Shown in pieces: positions 53,719-63,478 of a DNA stretch of 64,000 nucleotides (its first letter is position 1; the number at the start of each line of letters is the position of its first letter). The notes under the pieces were generated by a model that saw only the letters and a list, made by a program, of their open reading frames with translations, had not been told where the DNA came from and did no database searches. This DNA comes from Enterobacteria phage vB_EcoM_IME338: sequence record MH051914; one strand, given 5' to 3'. The translations under genes and the position numbers were made by a program.

Positions 53719-53976
53719 ATGAAAGACTTAATAGCAAATCACGAGTGGCCTATATACTTGCTCCACAAGCCTCGGAAAACGATGTACTATGTGAGTAGCA
53801 CAGATATGATGATAAAACAAAAGGATGACTCATGGGTTGCTGGTATCTCTTACATCTCTACAGCAGATGGTAAAATCTACGCAAGACCTTATGAGATGTT
53901 TAACAAAGAAAATTGGGAAGTTTTAGACAGAAAACAAGCCTTAGAAATGCTAAAGAAAGGAGAAATCACACTATGA
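53719..53976 (+). CDS. hypothetical protein between nrdA and nrdB
   Basis: ORF trimmed to ATG 53719 after GGAGAAAC RBS; about 85 aa. Confidence 0.4.
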   Translation: MKDLIANHEWPIYLLHKPRKTMYYVSSTDMMIKQKDDSWVAGISYISTADGKIYARPYEMFNKENWEVLDRKQALEMLKKGEITL

Positions 53977-55046
53977 TTAACCAGCACCCAATCTTTTTAG
54001 GTGGTGAGAGAAAAACTTTTGACTCACTTAATAAGCACTACCCAAAAATCTTTGAACTATATAAACAACAAAAAGCACAAGACTGGTCAGAAGATGAGTT
54101 CCCTTTTGAACAATCACGCCTTGATTTTGAGAGTGTACCAGCATCAATGTCAGGTGTAATGCTTGAGATTCTTAAGTGGCAGTGGGAAGCAGATACCCAA
54201 GTTGCTAAGAGTTTAGCGTTTGCCTTTGCGCCATTCATCTCTGATGACATTTATGCAACTGCAATTATGAAGCAGTCTGAGATTGAAAACCTACATGCAC
54301 TTACTTACTCGGAGATTGTCAGACAATGTATTAAAAATCCTGAAACAATCTTAGATGAGATTAACCAGAACATTGCTGTACAAGACCGATTAAAAACTGT
54401 GAATCGTGTTCTTGAAGAATTGCTGGACGAAGGTATAAACTATCGGCTAAGTTATGTCCGTGACTCACTTCTGGATAAAGACCCTTTACACTTCCATAAA
54501 GTGATTCTAAAAGGTCTATTTGCAGTGACTGCACTTGAAGGTATATCCTTTATGGCATCCTTTGCATGTACTTTTGCACTCGATGCTCAAGATAAATTTC
54601 AGGGTATTGCTCAAGCTGTCCAGAAAATTATGCTTGACGAAATCCTTCACACTAAAATTGATATTGAAGTTTTAAAAGAAACTTTAAGAGATGATGAGTG
54701 GCAAAAAGCTTTCCAACAAATTCTCCCAGAGATTAAAGTAATCTTAGATGAAGTAGTTGAAAGCGAAGAAAAATGGTCGTATTATATCTTCTCCGAAGGA
54801 CGTGCTGTAGTTGGGTTAAATACAAAACTTCTTCATGAGTGGGTTTACTATAATGCTGCCCCACTGTATGATATGTTTGGCATTCCCAGAGATTTTGTAG
54901 CTCCTAAAGAACCACCTTTGAAGTATATGATTAAGAAGATGGAAATTGATAAAGAGCAGAATGCTAATCAGGAGCAACAGAATGGTGCGTATTTATTGAA
55001 TACTGTTGTAGATGATTTGAATAGTGGATTTTTAGAGGTTCCTTAA
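53973..55046 (+). CDS. nrdB: ribonucleotide reductase class Ia beta subunit
   Basis: Start ATG 53973 after AAGGAGAAA RBS; ferritin-like helices with carboxylate/His pairs, e.g. LDEILHT. Confidence 0.85.
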   Translation: MINQHPIFLGGERKTFDSLNKHYPKIFELYKQQKAQDWSEDEFPFEQSRLDFESVPASMSGVMLEILKWQWEADTQVAKSLAFAFAPFISDDIYATAIMKQSEIENLHALTYSEIVRQCIKNPETILDEINQNIAVQDRLKTVNRVLEELLDEGINYRLSYVRDSLLDKDPLHFHKVILKGLFAVTALEGISFMASFACTFALDAQDKFQGIAQAVQKIMLDEILHTKIDIEVLKETLRDDEWQKAFQQILPEIKVILDEVVESEEKWSYYIFSEGRAVVGLNTKLLHEWVYYNAAPLYDMFGIPRDFVAPKEPPLKYMIKKMEIDKEQNANQEQQNGAYLLNTVVDDLNSGFLEVP

Positions 55047-55288
55047 TGACTTATGTAATTTACTCCAAAACTGGATGTCCTCAGTGTGAGACTGCAAAGA
55101 ATTTTGCAAAAGCTCGTGGCATTGACCATGTTGTGAGAATGTTAGGGCAGGACTATGAGCTATCGGAACTAATGGACATTGCACAGATGCCAGTTCGTCA
55201 GATGCCATTCATCATGAAAACTGATGGACAAAATCTAAAACCTGTTGGGACGCTACAGAATTTTATGGCAGAGGTGAATAATGCTTAA
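55046..55288 (+). CDS. nrdH: glutaredoxin-like protein (NrdH-type redoxin)
   Basis: 80 aa; N-terminal CPQC active-site motif; adjacent to nrdB. Confidence 0.65.
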   Translation: MTYVIYSKTGCPQCETAKNFAKARGIDHVVRMLGQDYELSELMDIAQMPVRQMPFIMKTDGQNLKPVGTLQNFMAEVNNA

Positions 55289-55487
55289 ACGCCTTTGGGA
55301 AGGTTTGGTTATTGATGCACCAGTTATTGTCATTGGTATGCTTATTGCTAACCTATTTACTGACTTTAAACAAGGTTTGTTGTTTGGAGTCATGTTACTA
55401 TGGGTTATCTTTGAAATATTAGAAATACAGCTAGGCATCACTGAAAAACTAAGAGAACTCTTTTCAAAGTTTTCTAAAAAGATTTAA
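55281..55487 (+). CDS. small hydrophobic protein
   Basis: 68 aa; two hydrophobic segments. Confidence 0.35.
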   Translation: MLKRLWEGLVIDAPVIVIGMLIANLFTDFKQGLLFGVMLLWVIFEILEIQLGITEKLRELFSKFSKKI

Positions 55488-55493
55488 AATGAA

Positions 55494-55516
55494 AGGGTCT
55501 CTTCGGAGACCTTTTT
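55494..55516 (+). terminator. rho-independent terminator
   Basis: ggtctc-ttcg-gagacc hairpin followed by TTTTT. Confidence 0.75.
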
Positions 55517-55535
55517 AGCATGTAAAGGGGCAATA

Positions 55536-56732
55536 ATGAACAAAGTACAGATTATTAAAAAGAATGGCTCACTTGAAGAACCGGATATCAAAAAAGTTTT
55601 AACAGCAGTAACTAAGTCAGCTAACAGGGTTGGTTATAAAGAACTCCCACCAGATGTTATCCAAGCTCTTGAGTCAGCATTTATGAGGATTCTGGTAAAA
55701 TCCACTAAGCAGAATAACTTGCTCATCTCGGTAAATGATATCCACAGTATCGTTGAAGGTGCTTTGGCAGAAGTCAATCACGAGATTTATGAGTCTTACT
55801 CAACATATAGAAATTACCGTAAAGAAGTTGCTCAAAATTGGGATGAGCTTTACCAAAAGACCAAAGACACACTCTTCTTAGGTGACCGTGAAAATGCTAA
55901 CTTTGACAGCAGTTTAATTTCTACAAAAGGTTCAATTATTCGTGGTTACCTGACTAAAGAAATCTTTAAACAGTACCATTTAACACCAGAGGAACTTGAA
56001 GCCATTGAAAAAGGGTTTATCTACATCCATGACTTAAGAGACCTAATTTTTGGTGGTATCAACTGTTGCCTGTTCGACATTGGTAAAGTACTGAAAGGTG
56101 GCTTTGAAATGTCTGGCATCGAATACTGCGAACCTAAATCTGTGCTGTCAGCCTTACAGGTTATTGGTGATGTAGTTCTTTCAGCAACTGCACAGCAATT
56201 TGGTGGTTTTACTTTAGCAGAGATTGATAAGGTACTTGTACCGTATGCTAAGAAATCTCTACGCTATCATGCTGAGAAAGCAGCATCCTACGGTATTCCT
56301 AAAGAACATTACCACAATTATGTCATGGAGCAGCTACAGATTGAACTGACTCAAGGTTTCCAGTCACTTGAAATGAAACTAAATACTGTACCTTGTAGTC
56401 GTGGGGATTTTGCATTCACAACTTTGACATTCGGGTTACTTGACTCAGATATGTCCAATGAAGATAACCGACTGCAATATATAATTGCAAGTACTCTCCT
56501 AGATGTTCGTATGAATGGACAAGGTAAGAGCAAAAAGCCTGTTGTATTCCCTAAACTGGTTTATATTTATGACCAGAAGAGACATAGTGAGAATATCTGT
56601 CAAGGACACCTGTACAGTAAAGCCATTGAGTGTTGCTCTAAAGCAATGTATCCAGATTTCTTAAGTGTATCTGGTCATGGTGCTGTAGCAGAGGCTTTTG
56701 AGCGTTCTGGTAAGGTTATTTCACCGATGGGT
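55536..56732 (+). CDS. nrdD: anaerobic ribonucleotide reductase (class III), exon 1
   Basis: N-terminal ATP-cone; exon ends ...VISPMG, continued in exon 2 as CRAFL matching the conserved PMGCR(S/A)FL of NrdD. Confidence 0.85.
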
Positions 56733-57048
56733 TAACAAGCTCTATAGCTCATCTAAAACGTGCCTAAACAGGGAAACTCTACAGATGTAGACAATCCTGT
56801 GCTAAATGATGTACGATGTAAGAAACTATACAACATAGGAGTCTTACATGCCAAACAACTTCGAATATGAGTTTGAATACATCTAAATGCCGAACGACTA
56901 ACCGTGATGAATGTAGCGGTGTAGGGTCAAGCGACTCGAAATGGTACGCTACTTAGAAATAAGTAGAAGATATAGTCTGGACTTACTGGTGACAGTAAGC
57001 AGCTTGAATAAAGCGGGGTAAGTGTAGCGAACTTATCTGAACAACAAG
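56733..57048 (+). ncRNA. group I self-splicing intron (ORF-less, 316 nt) within nrdD
   Basis: Exon 1 ends GGU; guide GCUCAUC pairs GAUGGGU; P/Q-like CCUAAACAGGGAAACUC...GACAAUCCUGUGCUAAAU, R-like ACGACUAAC, S-like AAGAUAUAGUCUGG; ends G at 57048. Confidence 0.8.
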
Positions 57049-57996
57049 TGTAGAGCATTTTTATCACCATACCATAATGAAGATGGTGAAGAATTTTATG
57101 TAGGTCGCGCTAACATCGGTGCTGTATCTTTGAACTTGCCAATGATTTACCAGTACTCTAAAGAGAATGGTTTAGATTTCTGGAAAGAGCTTGATAAGTA
57201 CCTAGAAATGATTCGTAGCTTCCACAAGAAACGCTACGAAATGATTGCTAATATGCCAGCAAGTTCTAACCCTCTTGCATTTACACAAGGTGGTCTGTAC
57301 AAAGGGACTAAGAAACCTACTGACAAGGTTGGCTGGGATATCGTGAAGTCCTTCACAGCTTCTTTTGGGGTTACTGCTCTTGATGAGCTGTCTGTTCTTG
57401 CTGAAGGTAAACGACTTCATGAAGTTGGAAGTTCTAGTTTTGCATACGATGTTCTGGCATACATCAACATGAAAACTGAAGAGTTTAAAGATGAAGATGG
57501 CTTCTTATATGCCGTATATGGCACTCCAGCAGAATCACTTTGTGGAACTCAGCTAAAACAGTTCAGAGATATGTTTGGAGTTATCAAGGGTGTTTCTGAT
57601 AAAGAATACTTTACAAATAGTTTCCATATGAATGTTGCAGCAGATATCTCACCATTTGAGAAGCAGGACTTAGAAGAACCCTTCTTCCATATCTGTAGAG
57701 GCGGCAGAATCCAGTATGTAAGGGTAGCTAATCCAGAAAACTTATCAGCACTTAAAAGTTGTATTACAAGAGGGATGTTGAAAGGTTTCTATCAGGGACT
57801 TAACTTTGACTTAGCAATCTGTGAACATTGTGGTAACAGACCAAAGGCTGATGTTGAAGAATGTGAGGTTTGCCATTCACATGATATTTCTGTGATTAAC
57901 AGGGTGTGCGGGTACTTGTCATTCACAAAAATTAAAGGTCAGTCTCGAATGAATGACGCTAAGATGGCAGAAATTAAGGATAGGGTTTCTATGTAA
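57049..57996 (+). CDS. nrdD: anaerobic ribonucleotide reductase (class III), exon 2
   Basis: Frame open from 57028; CRAFLSPYHNEDGEEFYVGRANIGAVSLNLP; C-terminal Cys4 cluster and glycyl-radical motif RVCGYL. Confidence 0.85.
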   Translation, partial: CRAFLSPYHNEDGEEFYVGRANIGAVSLNLPMIYQYSKENGLDFWKELDKYLEMIRSFHKKRYEMIANMPASSNPLAFTQGGLYKGTKKPTDKVGWDIVKSFTASFGVTALDELSVLAEGKRLHEVGSSSFAYDVLAYINMKTEEFKDEDGFLYAVYGTPAESLCGTQLKQFRDMFGVIKGVSDKEYFTNSFHMNVAADISPFEKQDLEEPFFHICRGGRIQYVRVANPENLSALKSCITRGMLKGFYQGLNFDLAICEHCGNRPKADVEECEVCHSHDISVINRVCGYLSFTKIKGQSRMNDAKMAEIKDRVSM

Positions 57997-57999
57997 AAC

Positions 58000-58029
58000 T
58001 TGACAAGGTGGTGTAGGTCTTGATAGGCT
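58000..58029 (+). promoter_or_regulatory. sigma70-like promoter with ACTTGACAAGGTG element
   Basis: TTGACA 58000-58005, 17-18-nt spacer, ATAGGCT. Confidence 0.45.
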
Positions 58030-58153
58030 TACATCACCTTTTTTATTAGGAATCACAACATGATTAAGACATTCTTGTTAGTCACCTTAGTAGGCTCTGT
58101 CTTACTAGGTTTCTTGTTAGGGCTTTTATACAACACATTGAAAGGAAAGAGAG

Positions 58154-58546
58154 ATGACTAAATTAAATAAAAATCAAATGAACTGGCTTAAAGATTATGC
58201 TTTAGAGTGTGGCTCTTGTGAGAAAACTCACAGAAAATACTCAGAGTTTTACATAGCATGTACTCTTTTAATAACTGATTCTGTTATTGATGATGCAAAG
58301 GATGATGACATTGAACTCCCTTCGTCACTGCGTGATAAAGTTTTGGTAGCAACTGGTACATGGTCAGACTCATATGGCACAGAGATTGGTGACCTATCCT
58401 TCTACAGCATTGAACAAACGATGAATCCAAAGTATGTTGCTCTGATGACTCGTGCTCAGGAAGATGAACTCCTTCAGGAATTTATTAAAGAACACTGTGA
58501 AGAGTACGTCACAAAACATGTAAGGTTTGAAGTTGAGGTGATTTAA
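58154..58546 (+). CDS. hypothetical protein
   Basis: 130 aa ORF upstream of nrdG. Confidence 0.45.
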   Translation: MTKLNKNQMNWLKDYALECGSCEKTHRKYSEFYIACTLLITDSVIDDAKDDDIELPSSLRDKVLVATGTWSDSYGTEIGDLSFYSIEQTMNPKYVALMTRAQEDELLQEFIKEHCEEYVTKHVRFEVEVI

Positions 58547-59031
58547 TGAATTACATGGAAATACGAAAATTCGATACAGCAAACGGTGAAGGTGCTCGTG
58601 TCAGTCTTTTTGTAGCTGGTTGTAAGCATCACTGTGAAGGCTGCTTTAACAGGGAGTCTTGGAAGTTTAATGCTGGTAAAGAGTTTACTTATGCAAACCT
58701 CTACGGAATCATCCAACTAATGGGTGATAATGCTGTCAGTGGTTTGTCAATACTTGGTGGAGAACCTCTGGATGATAGAAATATTCAAGAGGTTACCAAT
58801 TTATGCAAACGTATTAAAACTGTTTACCCAGAGAAGTCTATCTGGCTCTGGACAGGTTTTCAGTTACACGAAAAAATTCACCTAGATGTGATGAAATATG
58901 TTGACGTGGTGATTGATGGTAAGTATGATTCATCTAAACCAACAGTTAAACCATATCGTGGTTCTGATAACCAAAACCTCTGGAGAAAAGAGTATGGGTG
59001 GAAAGGCGATTGCCAATGGCGAGCAGAATGA
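58546..59031 (+). CDS. nrdG: anaerobic ribonucleotide reductase activating protein (radical SAM)
   Basis: 161 aa; CKHHCEGC radical-SAM-type cysteine cluster near N-terminus. Confidence 0.8.
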   Translation: MNYMEIRKFDTANGEGARVSLFVAGCKHHCEGCFNRESWKFNAGKEFTYANLYGIIQLMGDNAVSGLSILGGEPLDDRNIQEVTNLCKRIKTVYPEKSIWLWTGFQLHEKIHLDVMKYVDVVIDGKYDSSKPTVKPYRGSDNQNLWRKEYGWKGDCQWRAE

Positions 59032-59269
59032 TTATTCTGGCAAGTGGACTTACGACATCAATAAGTTAGATGCTTGGATGATTTACACAAGAGAAAAATT
59101 TGGTGAACGTTCATTATGTGCTCTTGCAACGATTGTAAAGAGTGTCACCTTTGTCATAAACGAGCCAGATAAATTTGGAGACTTCTACAGGATTCAAAAC
59201 ATCAGAGAAGGTGTAACTCCAATCGGTATCACTGAAGAAGAACTTCATAAGTTCTGTATTAAACTCTAA
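58994..59269 (+). CDS. hypothetical protein
   Basis: ORF 58913..59269 trimmed to ATG 58994, overlapping nrdG 3' end. Confidence 0.35.
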   Translation: MGGKAIANGEQNDYSGKWTYDINKLDAWMIYTREKFGERSLCALATIVKSVTFVINEPDKFGDFYRIQNIREGVTPIGITEEELHKFCIKL

Positions 59270-59285
59270 TGAGAGAGACTAAAAA

Positions 59286-59543
59286 ATGGGAATTTTAGGT
59301 AATATGAAGGCTGGCTTCTTGAAGGCACTGGCAAAAGCAGCAGCAATCATTTCTATGACTGGAAAGCAGGTTGGTGTAGATGCTTCAGCAGTTGCACAAG
59401 TTCTTGCAAGCCAAATTGAAAAGCAGCCTTACATCCACGTCGGACGTGGAAAAGGTGGTAAAAAACAAGCACATCGACCAACTGGTGCAGCAGCAATTAA
59501 ACGTGCAGCTAAGAAAGCTCGTAACCGTAAACGTAACAAATAA
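59286..59543 (+). CDS. hypothetical small basic protein
   Basis: 85 aa; Lys/Arg-rich C-terminus. Confidence 0.4.
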   Translation: MGILGNMKAGFLKALAKAAAIISMTGKQVGVDASAVAQVLASQIEKQPYIHVGRGKGGKKQAHRPTGAAAIKRAAKKARNRKRNK

Positions 59544-59554
59544 GGGTAGTTAAC

Positions 59555-59866
59555 ATGAAAAAGATTTATAACACTCGTAAGATTCAGATTGCAGTTCTGT
59601 GTCAGTTTATGGTTGAGCAACATAACGCACATTATTGTGGTACGGGATTTCTAACCTTTGGTGGTGAACACATCCCATTTAAGAAAGCTGTGAAGATGTA
59701 CAATGAATCTCTTGATGGTAGTAAAGAGCTAGAACAGCTTAAACTAACTTACAACAAGAAAGACAAGAAGATTGTATGTCTAAACCATTCTATTAAACCT
59801 ACAAATTACATTATAAGCAACATTGGTGAAGAAGGCTTCCTCAAAGTGTTGAAAATCTCACAGTAA
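59555..59866 (+). CDS. hypothetical protein
   Basis: 103 aa ORF. Confidence 0.4.
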   Translation: MKKIYNTRKIQIAVLCQFMVEQHNAHYCGTGFLTFGGEHIPFKKAVKMYNESLDGSKELEQLKLTYNKKDKKIVCLNHSIKPTNYIISNIGEEGFLKVLKISQ

Positions 59867-59879
59867 GACTATATGATTA

Positions 59880-59904
59880 GGGAACTGTAAAGGTTCCCTT
59901 TTTT
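59880..59904 (+). terminator. rho-independent terminator
   Basis: gggaac-tgtaaag-gttccc hairpin followed by TTTTTT. Confidence 0.75.
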
Positions 59905-59918
59905 ATTTTGGAGATAAT

Positions 59919-60434
59919 ATGTATCTGTCAAACCTGAAACGTTCTGCTGCAATGTCTGTCCTAAGACTGAGCTTTGAAGAACGTCAAGAGTTCATTGACT
60001 CCCACCAATACGACCCTTCTAACTCTAATCACATGATTCTCTGGAATCGTGACAGTACCCGTGAAAGAGCACTATTCCGATATTACCCACACTACACCAT
60101 AGATAATCTGTATGAATGTTTTGTTGTGAAGAACACCATTGCAGTGCTCAATAAGCTTTGTAGATACACAGGTAACCAGTCCTTCACATTAGGCCACCAC
60201 AAGCCTGTTACAAAAGGTGGTGAACATCACTGTGCGAACTGGTTTATCCAAACTAAAGCTGATAATCAGAAGCAAGGAGATAGTCTTTTAAGCACCTCTA
60301 AGATGACCTATGAAGAGCAAGAGAAATATATCAAAAATAATATGCCAGATGTGCTTGACAACAACTATACAGATTTGGCAATATCTCTCCTGTTGAAGTT
60401 CGAGACAGTTTATAGGGCAACTTACAATGTCTAA
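59919..60434 (+). CDS. HNH-motif nuclease-family protein
   Basis: 171 aa; LGHHKPVTKGGEHHCANWFIQTKADNQKQGD resembles HNH core. Confidence 0.45.
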   Translation: MYLSNLKRSAAMSVLRLSFEERQEFIDSHQYDPSNSNHMILWNRDSTRERALFRYYPHYTIDNLYECFVVKNTIAVLNKLCRYTGNQSFTLGHHKPVTKGGEHHCANWFIQTKADNQKQGDSLLSTSKMTYEEQEKYIKNNMPDVLDNNYTDLAISLLLKFETVYRATYNV

Positions 60435-60705
60435 AGAAAAGTGGGAAATTTTACCATTAGCCAGTGAAGGTGGTAATGATTGTGAAATGTATATGATACG
60501 TGGTCATGTTCCAGAACCAATTGCACTTGAGATGATAAACAATTTTACAGGTGTTTCATACAAAGATTTAGGAGAACCGACTGTCAAGCAGCAATGGGTT
60601 AAACCTGTACCAGACAGCACAGGTGACTGTAGTGTACTTTATCACATTGTAGACCCTGCAAAATGCAAATCTGCAATGGCAGTAACAAACGTAACTTTTG
60701 ATTGA
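60427..60705 (+). CDS. hypothetical protein
   Basis: 92 aa ORF. Confidence 0.4.
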   Translation: MSKEKWEILPLASEGGNDCEMYMIRGHVPEPIALEMINNFTGVSYKDLGEPTVKQQWVKPVPDSTGDCSVLYHIVDPAKCKSAMAVTNVTFD

Positions 60706-61598
60706 GAGAGAAAACTATGAAAACTGTTATTGAAGCCGTCGTCACAGCACAAGAGAAATTCTTCCACACAGAAAAATTTAATATCATCCAATTCCCATCT
60801 GGAGAAATTGGTGGAAACTTCTCTGAAGATTTTGTTAAGTTTACTGAGCGTAATGCTGGTAAGATTGATAATGTTATAATTACTGTACAGGGATATGACA
60901 AAGATACACTGTTTGCATTAGCTTTGGCTAAGGATGCCGTTGACAGTCTTGTTCCCCAGAAATCAGCGATGAAAACCGTTGTTTTCGGGTTCTTACCAAA
61001 TGCTCGATATGACCGCCACATGTTCAAAGGTGATGCAGCAGCACTGAAAGTCTTTGCCAACCTAGTTAATGCAATGGGCTTTGATGCAGTATGTGCTCTT
61101 GACCCTCACAGTAATGTTGCAGAAAACTTATTTAAGTGCTTCCAAAGCATGAAGCAAAAAGATGTGGCAGTACACTTTGCAAGTGACCCACGCATTGATT
61201 TCTTGGTAGCCCCAGATGCAGGTGCAGCTAAGAAGACTGAAGAGACTGCTAAAGAGGTGGATAAACCATACATCACAATGTCTAAAGTACGCAACCTTAA
61301 GACTGGTGAAATCACTGGTATGCGAATCCTTGACGATGTTGATTTGACAGATAAAACCGTCATGATTCTAGATGATATTTGTGATGGAGGACGAACCTTT
61401 ATAGAAGCAGCTAAACATCTTCGCGAAGCAGGTGCAAAACGTGTGGAACTCTATGTAACACATGGTATCTTCTCTAAAGATGTTGAAAACCTTCTTGACA
61501 ATGGCATTGACCACATCTACACTACAAACTCTTTAGGCGAAGCTAAAGACCGTGGCTTAACACATTACGGCCAAGTTATTGTAGCAGCCATTGATTGA
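60702..61598 (+). CDS. ribose-phosphate pyrophosphokinase-like protein (PRPP synthetase family; candidate ADPR-PP synthetase of an NAD+ reconstitution pathway)
   Basis: 298 aa; PRPP-binding-like loop VMILDDICDGGRTFIEA; adjacent to and co-oriented with NAMPT-like gene. Confidence 0.75.
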   Translation: MREKTMKTVIEAVVTAQEKFFHTEKFNIIQFPSGEIGGNFSEDFVKFTERNAGKIDNVIITVQGYDKDTLFALALAKDAVDSLVPQKSAMKTVVFGFLPNARYDRHMFKGDAAALKVFANLVNAMGFDAVCALDPHSNVAENLFKCFQSMKQKDVAVHFASDPRIDFLVAPDAGAAKKTEETAKEVDKPYITMSKVRNLKTGEITGMRILDDVDLTDKTVMILDDICDGGRTFIEAAKHLREAGAKRVELYVTHGIFSKDVENLLDNGIDHIYTTNSLGEAKDRGLTHYGQVIVAAID

Positions 61599-61607
61599 AA
61601 CTTTATA

Positions 61608-61627
61608 GGGGCTTAAAAGCCCCATTT
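61608..61627 (+). terminator. hairpin with T-run (possible attenuator) between prs-like and NAMPT-like genes
   Basis: ggggct-taaa-agcccc followed by ATTTT. Confidence 0.45.
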
Positions 61628-61643
61628 TGAGAGAGATTAAAAG

Positions 61644-63425
61644 ATGACTAAATCACTTTATGCAGTACCAGCAGGTCTTAATGCAGATGCTTACAAGGCA
61701 TCACATATATATCAGTATCCAGATGCTACGCAATATCTTATGTTGAACCTGACACCACGTAGTGACAAATGGTTTAACAGCCCTTTGGCAATTGACGGTG
61801 TAGTGGCTTTTGGTATTCAACGTTTCGTTAAAGATTACTTGATAGACCACTGGAACGCCACTTTCTTTGAACGTGATAAAAAAGAAGCAATTGACGAAAT
61901 CTTAGAAGTCATGAATGGTGTTCTGGGTAAAGATGCTATCGGTCGAGAGCATTGGGAAGCACTTCACGACTTAGGTTATCTACCAGTTGAAGTATACGCT
62001 GTAGAAGAAGGCACAGTTGTTCCAATGCGTGTCCCGATGATTGTCTTTCAGAACACTGTTTCAGGTTTCCATTGGGTAGCAGGTTATCTGGAAGATGCTT
62101 TCTCTGCTGAGATTTGGAAGGCTTGTACCATTGCAACTATTGCATTGCACTACAAACGTATCTGTAAGAAGTGGGCTGACCTTACTTGTGACAATGACTT
62201 GCATTTGCCTTATCAGTGCCATGACTTTGCTATGCGTGGTATGTCCGGCTTTACTGATGACGCATTTAACGCTGTAGGACACTTAACCAGCTTTAAAGGA
62301 ACTGATAGCTTCCCTGCTGTGTATACAGCTAAACGCATCTATGGGCAGTCCTACCCAATCTCTGATATTGGTAGTTCTGTACCAGCCACTGAACACTCTG
62401 TAATGTGTGCAAACATTGCTTGGGAAGGTGGTAATGAGTTGATTGAAGAAGAAAGACGTTTTAAAGGTGAGTTACAAACCTTCCGTCGTTTCTTAACAGA
62501 AACTTACCCAACTGGTATTGCAAGTGTTGTCTCAGACACTTATAACTTTTGGAGAACTGTGTCAGAAATCTTACCAGCACTTCGTAAAGAGATTATGGAA
62601 CGTGATGGTAAACTGGTAATTCGTCCTGACTCTGGTGACCCTGTACATATTGTCACAGGCTATAAAGCAATCCACTTAGAGTGCGCTAAAAAGGCTTATT
62701 ACGAACACCTAAGCAAGCTGGAAGCCAGCGACACAATGCTGAATGCTGTTCTGAACATGAAGCTTGAAAACATCAACTATGGTATTGCTGGATGGCTACT
62801 GTCAGAAGGCTACGAAATGGTTGTTGACAGAGAAGACTTTGAAGTTGCTGATACAGTGCTGTTGAAAAATGCTTATATGGTTGGCTCTGCAAACGTTGTA
62901 ACACGTCCTGTAGCAGAGATTGATGGGGCTATTAAGACCTTGTATAACATCTTTGGAGGAACTATCAACTCTAAAGGTTTTAAGGTACTGGATGAGCACA
63001 TTGGACTTATCTATGGTGACTCTATCACGTTGGAACGTGCAAACGAAATCCTGAAGCGTCTGTATGAAATGGGTTTTGCAAGCTCTAACGTAGTGTTTGG
63101 CGTAGGCTCTTACACTTACCAGTACATGACTCGTGACACCTTTGCATTTGCTGTCAAAGCAACTCTTGCAAGCATTGGTGGTAAAGAGATTATGCTTGCA
63201 AAAGACCCTAAAACAGATAGTGGTGTTAAGAAATCTGCCTTTGGTGGTGTAGCACCTATGTGGGATGGTGATAAGCTGAAAGCTGTAGATGGCTATGGAT
63301 TCCAGAGTTTTGCAGATGTACTTGACCACCCAGCTTGTGCCTTACGTTTAGTCTTTAGTGACTCTGAGCAGTTCGGCTACAAAACTCTTGGTGATATTCG
63401 AAATAATATTGACAAGCAGCTTTAA
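61644..63425 (+). CDS. nadV: nicotinamide phosphoribosyltransferase-like protein (NAMPT/NadV family)
   Basis: 593 aa; size and motifs (e.g. GSSVPATEHS, RPDSGDP) consistent with type II phosphoribosyltransferase NAMPT family. Confidence 0.8.
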   Translation: MTKSLYAVPAGLNADAYKASHIYQYPDATQYLMLNLTPRSDKWFNSPLAIDGVVAFGIQRFVKDYLIDHWNATFFERDKKEAIDEILEVMNGVLGKDAIGREHWEALHDLGYLPVEVYAVEEGTVVPMRVPMIVFQNTVSGFHWVAGYLEDAFSAEIWKACTIATIALHYKRICKKWADLTCDNDLHLPYQCHDFAMRGMSGFTDDAFNAVGHLTSFKGTDSFPAVYTAKRIYGQSYPISDIGSSVPATEHSVMCANIAWEGGNELIEEERRFKGELQTFRRFLTETYPTGIASVVSDTYNFWRTVSEILPALRKEIMERDGKLVIRPDSGDPVHIVTGYKAIHLECAKKAYYEHLSKLEASDTMLNAVLNMKLENINYGIAGWLLSEGYEMVVDREDFEVADTVLLKNAYMVGSANVVTRPVAEIDGAIKTLYNIFGGTINSKGFKVLDEHIGLIYGDSITLERANEILKRLYEMGFASSNVVFGVGSYTYQYMTRDTFAFAVKATLASIGGKEIMLAKDPKTDSGVKKSAFGGVAPMWDGDKLKAVDGYGFQSFADVLDHPACALRLVFSDSEQFGYKTLGDIRNNIDKQL

Positions 63426-63439
63426 AAGTATATGATAAG

Positions 63440-63462
63440 AGGCTCCTATAGGAGCCTTTTTA
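63440..63462 (+). terminator. rho-independent terminator
   Basis: aggctcc-tata-ggagcct hairpin followed by TTTTT. Confidence 0.75.
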
Positions 63463-63478
63463 ATTTCTGGAGAAAGAT

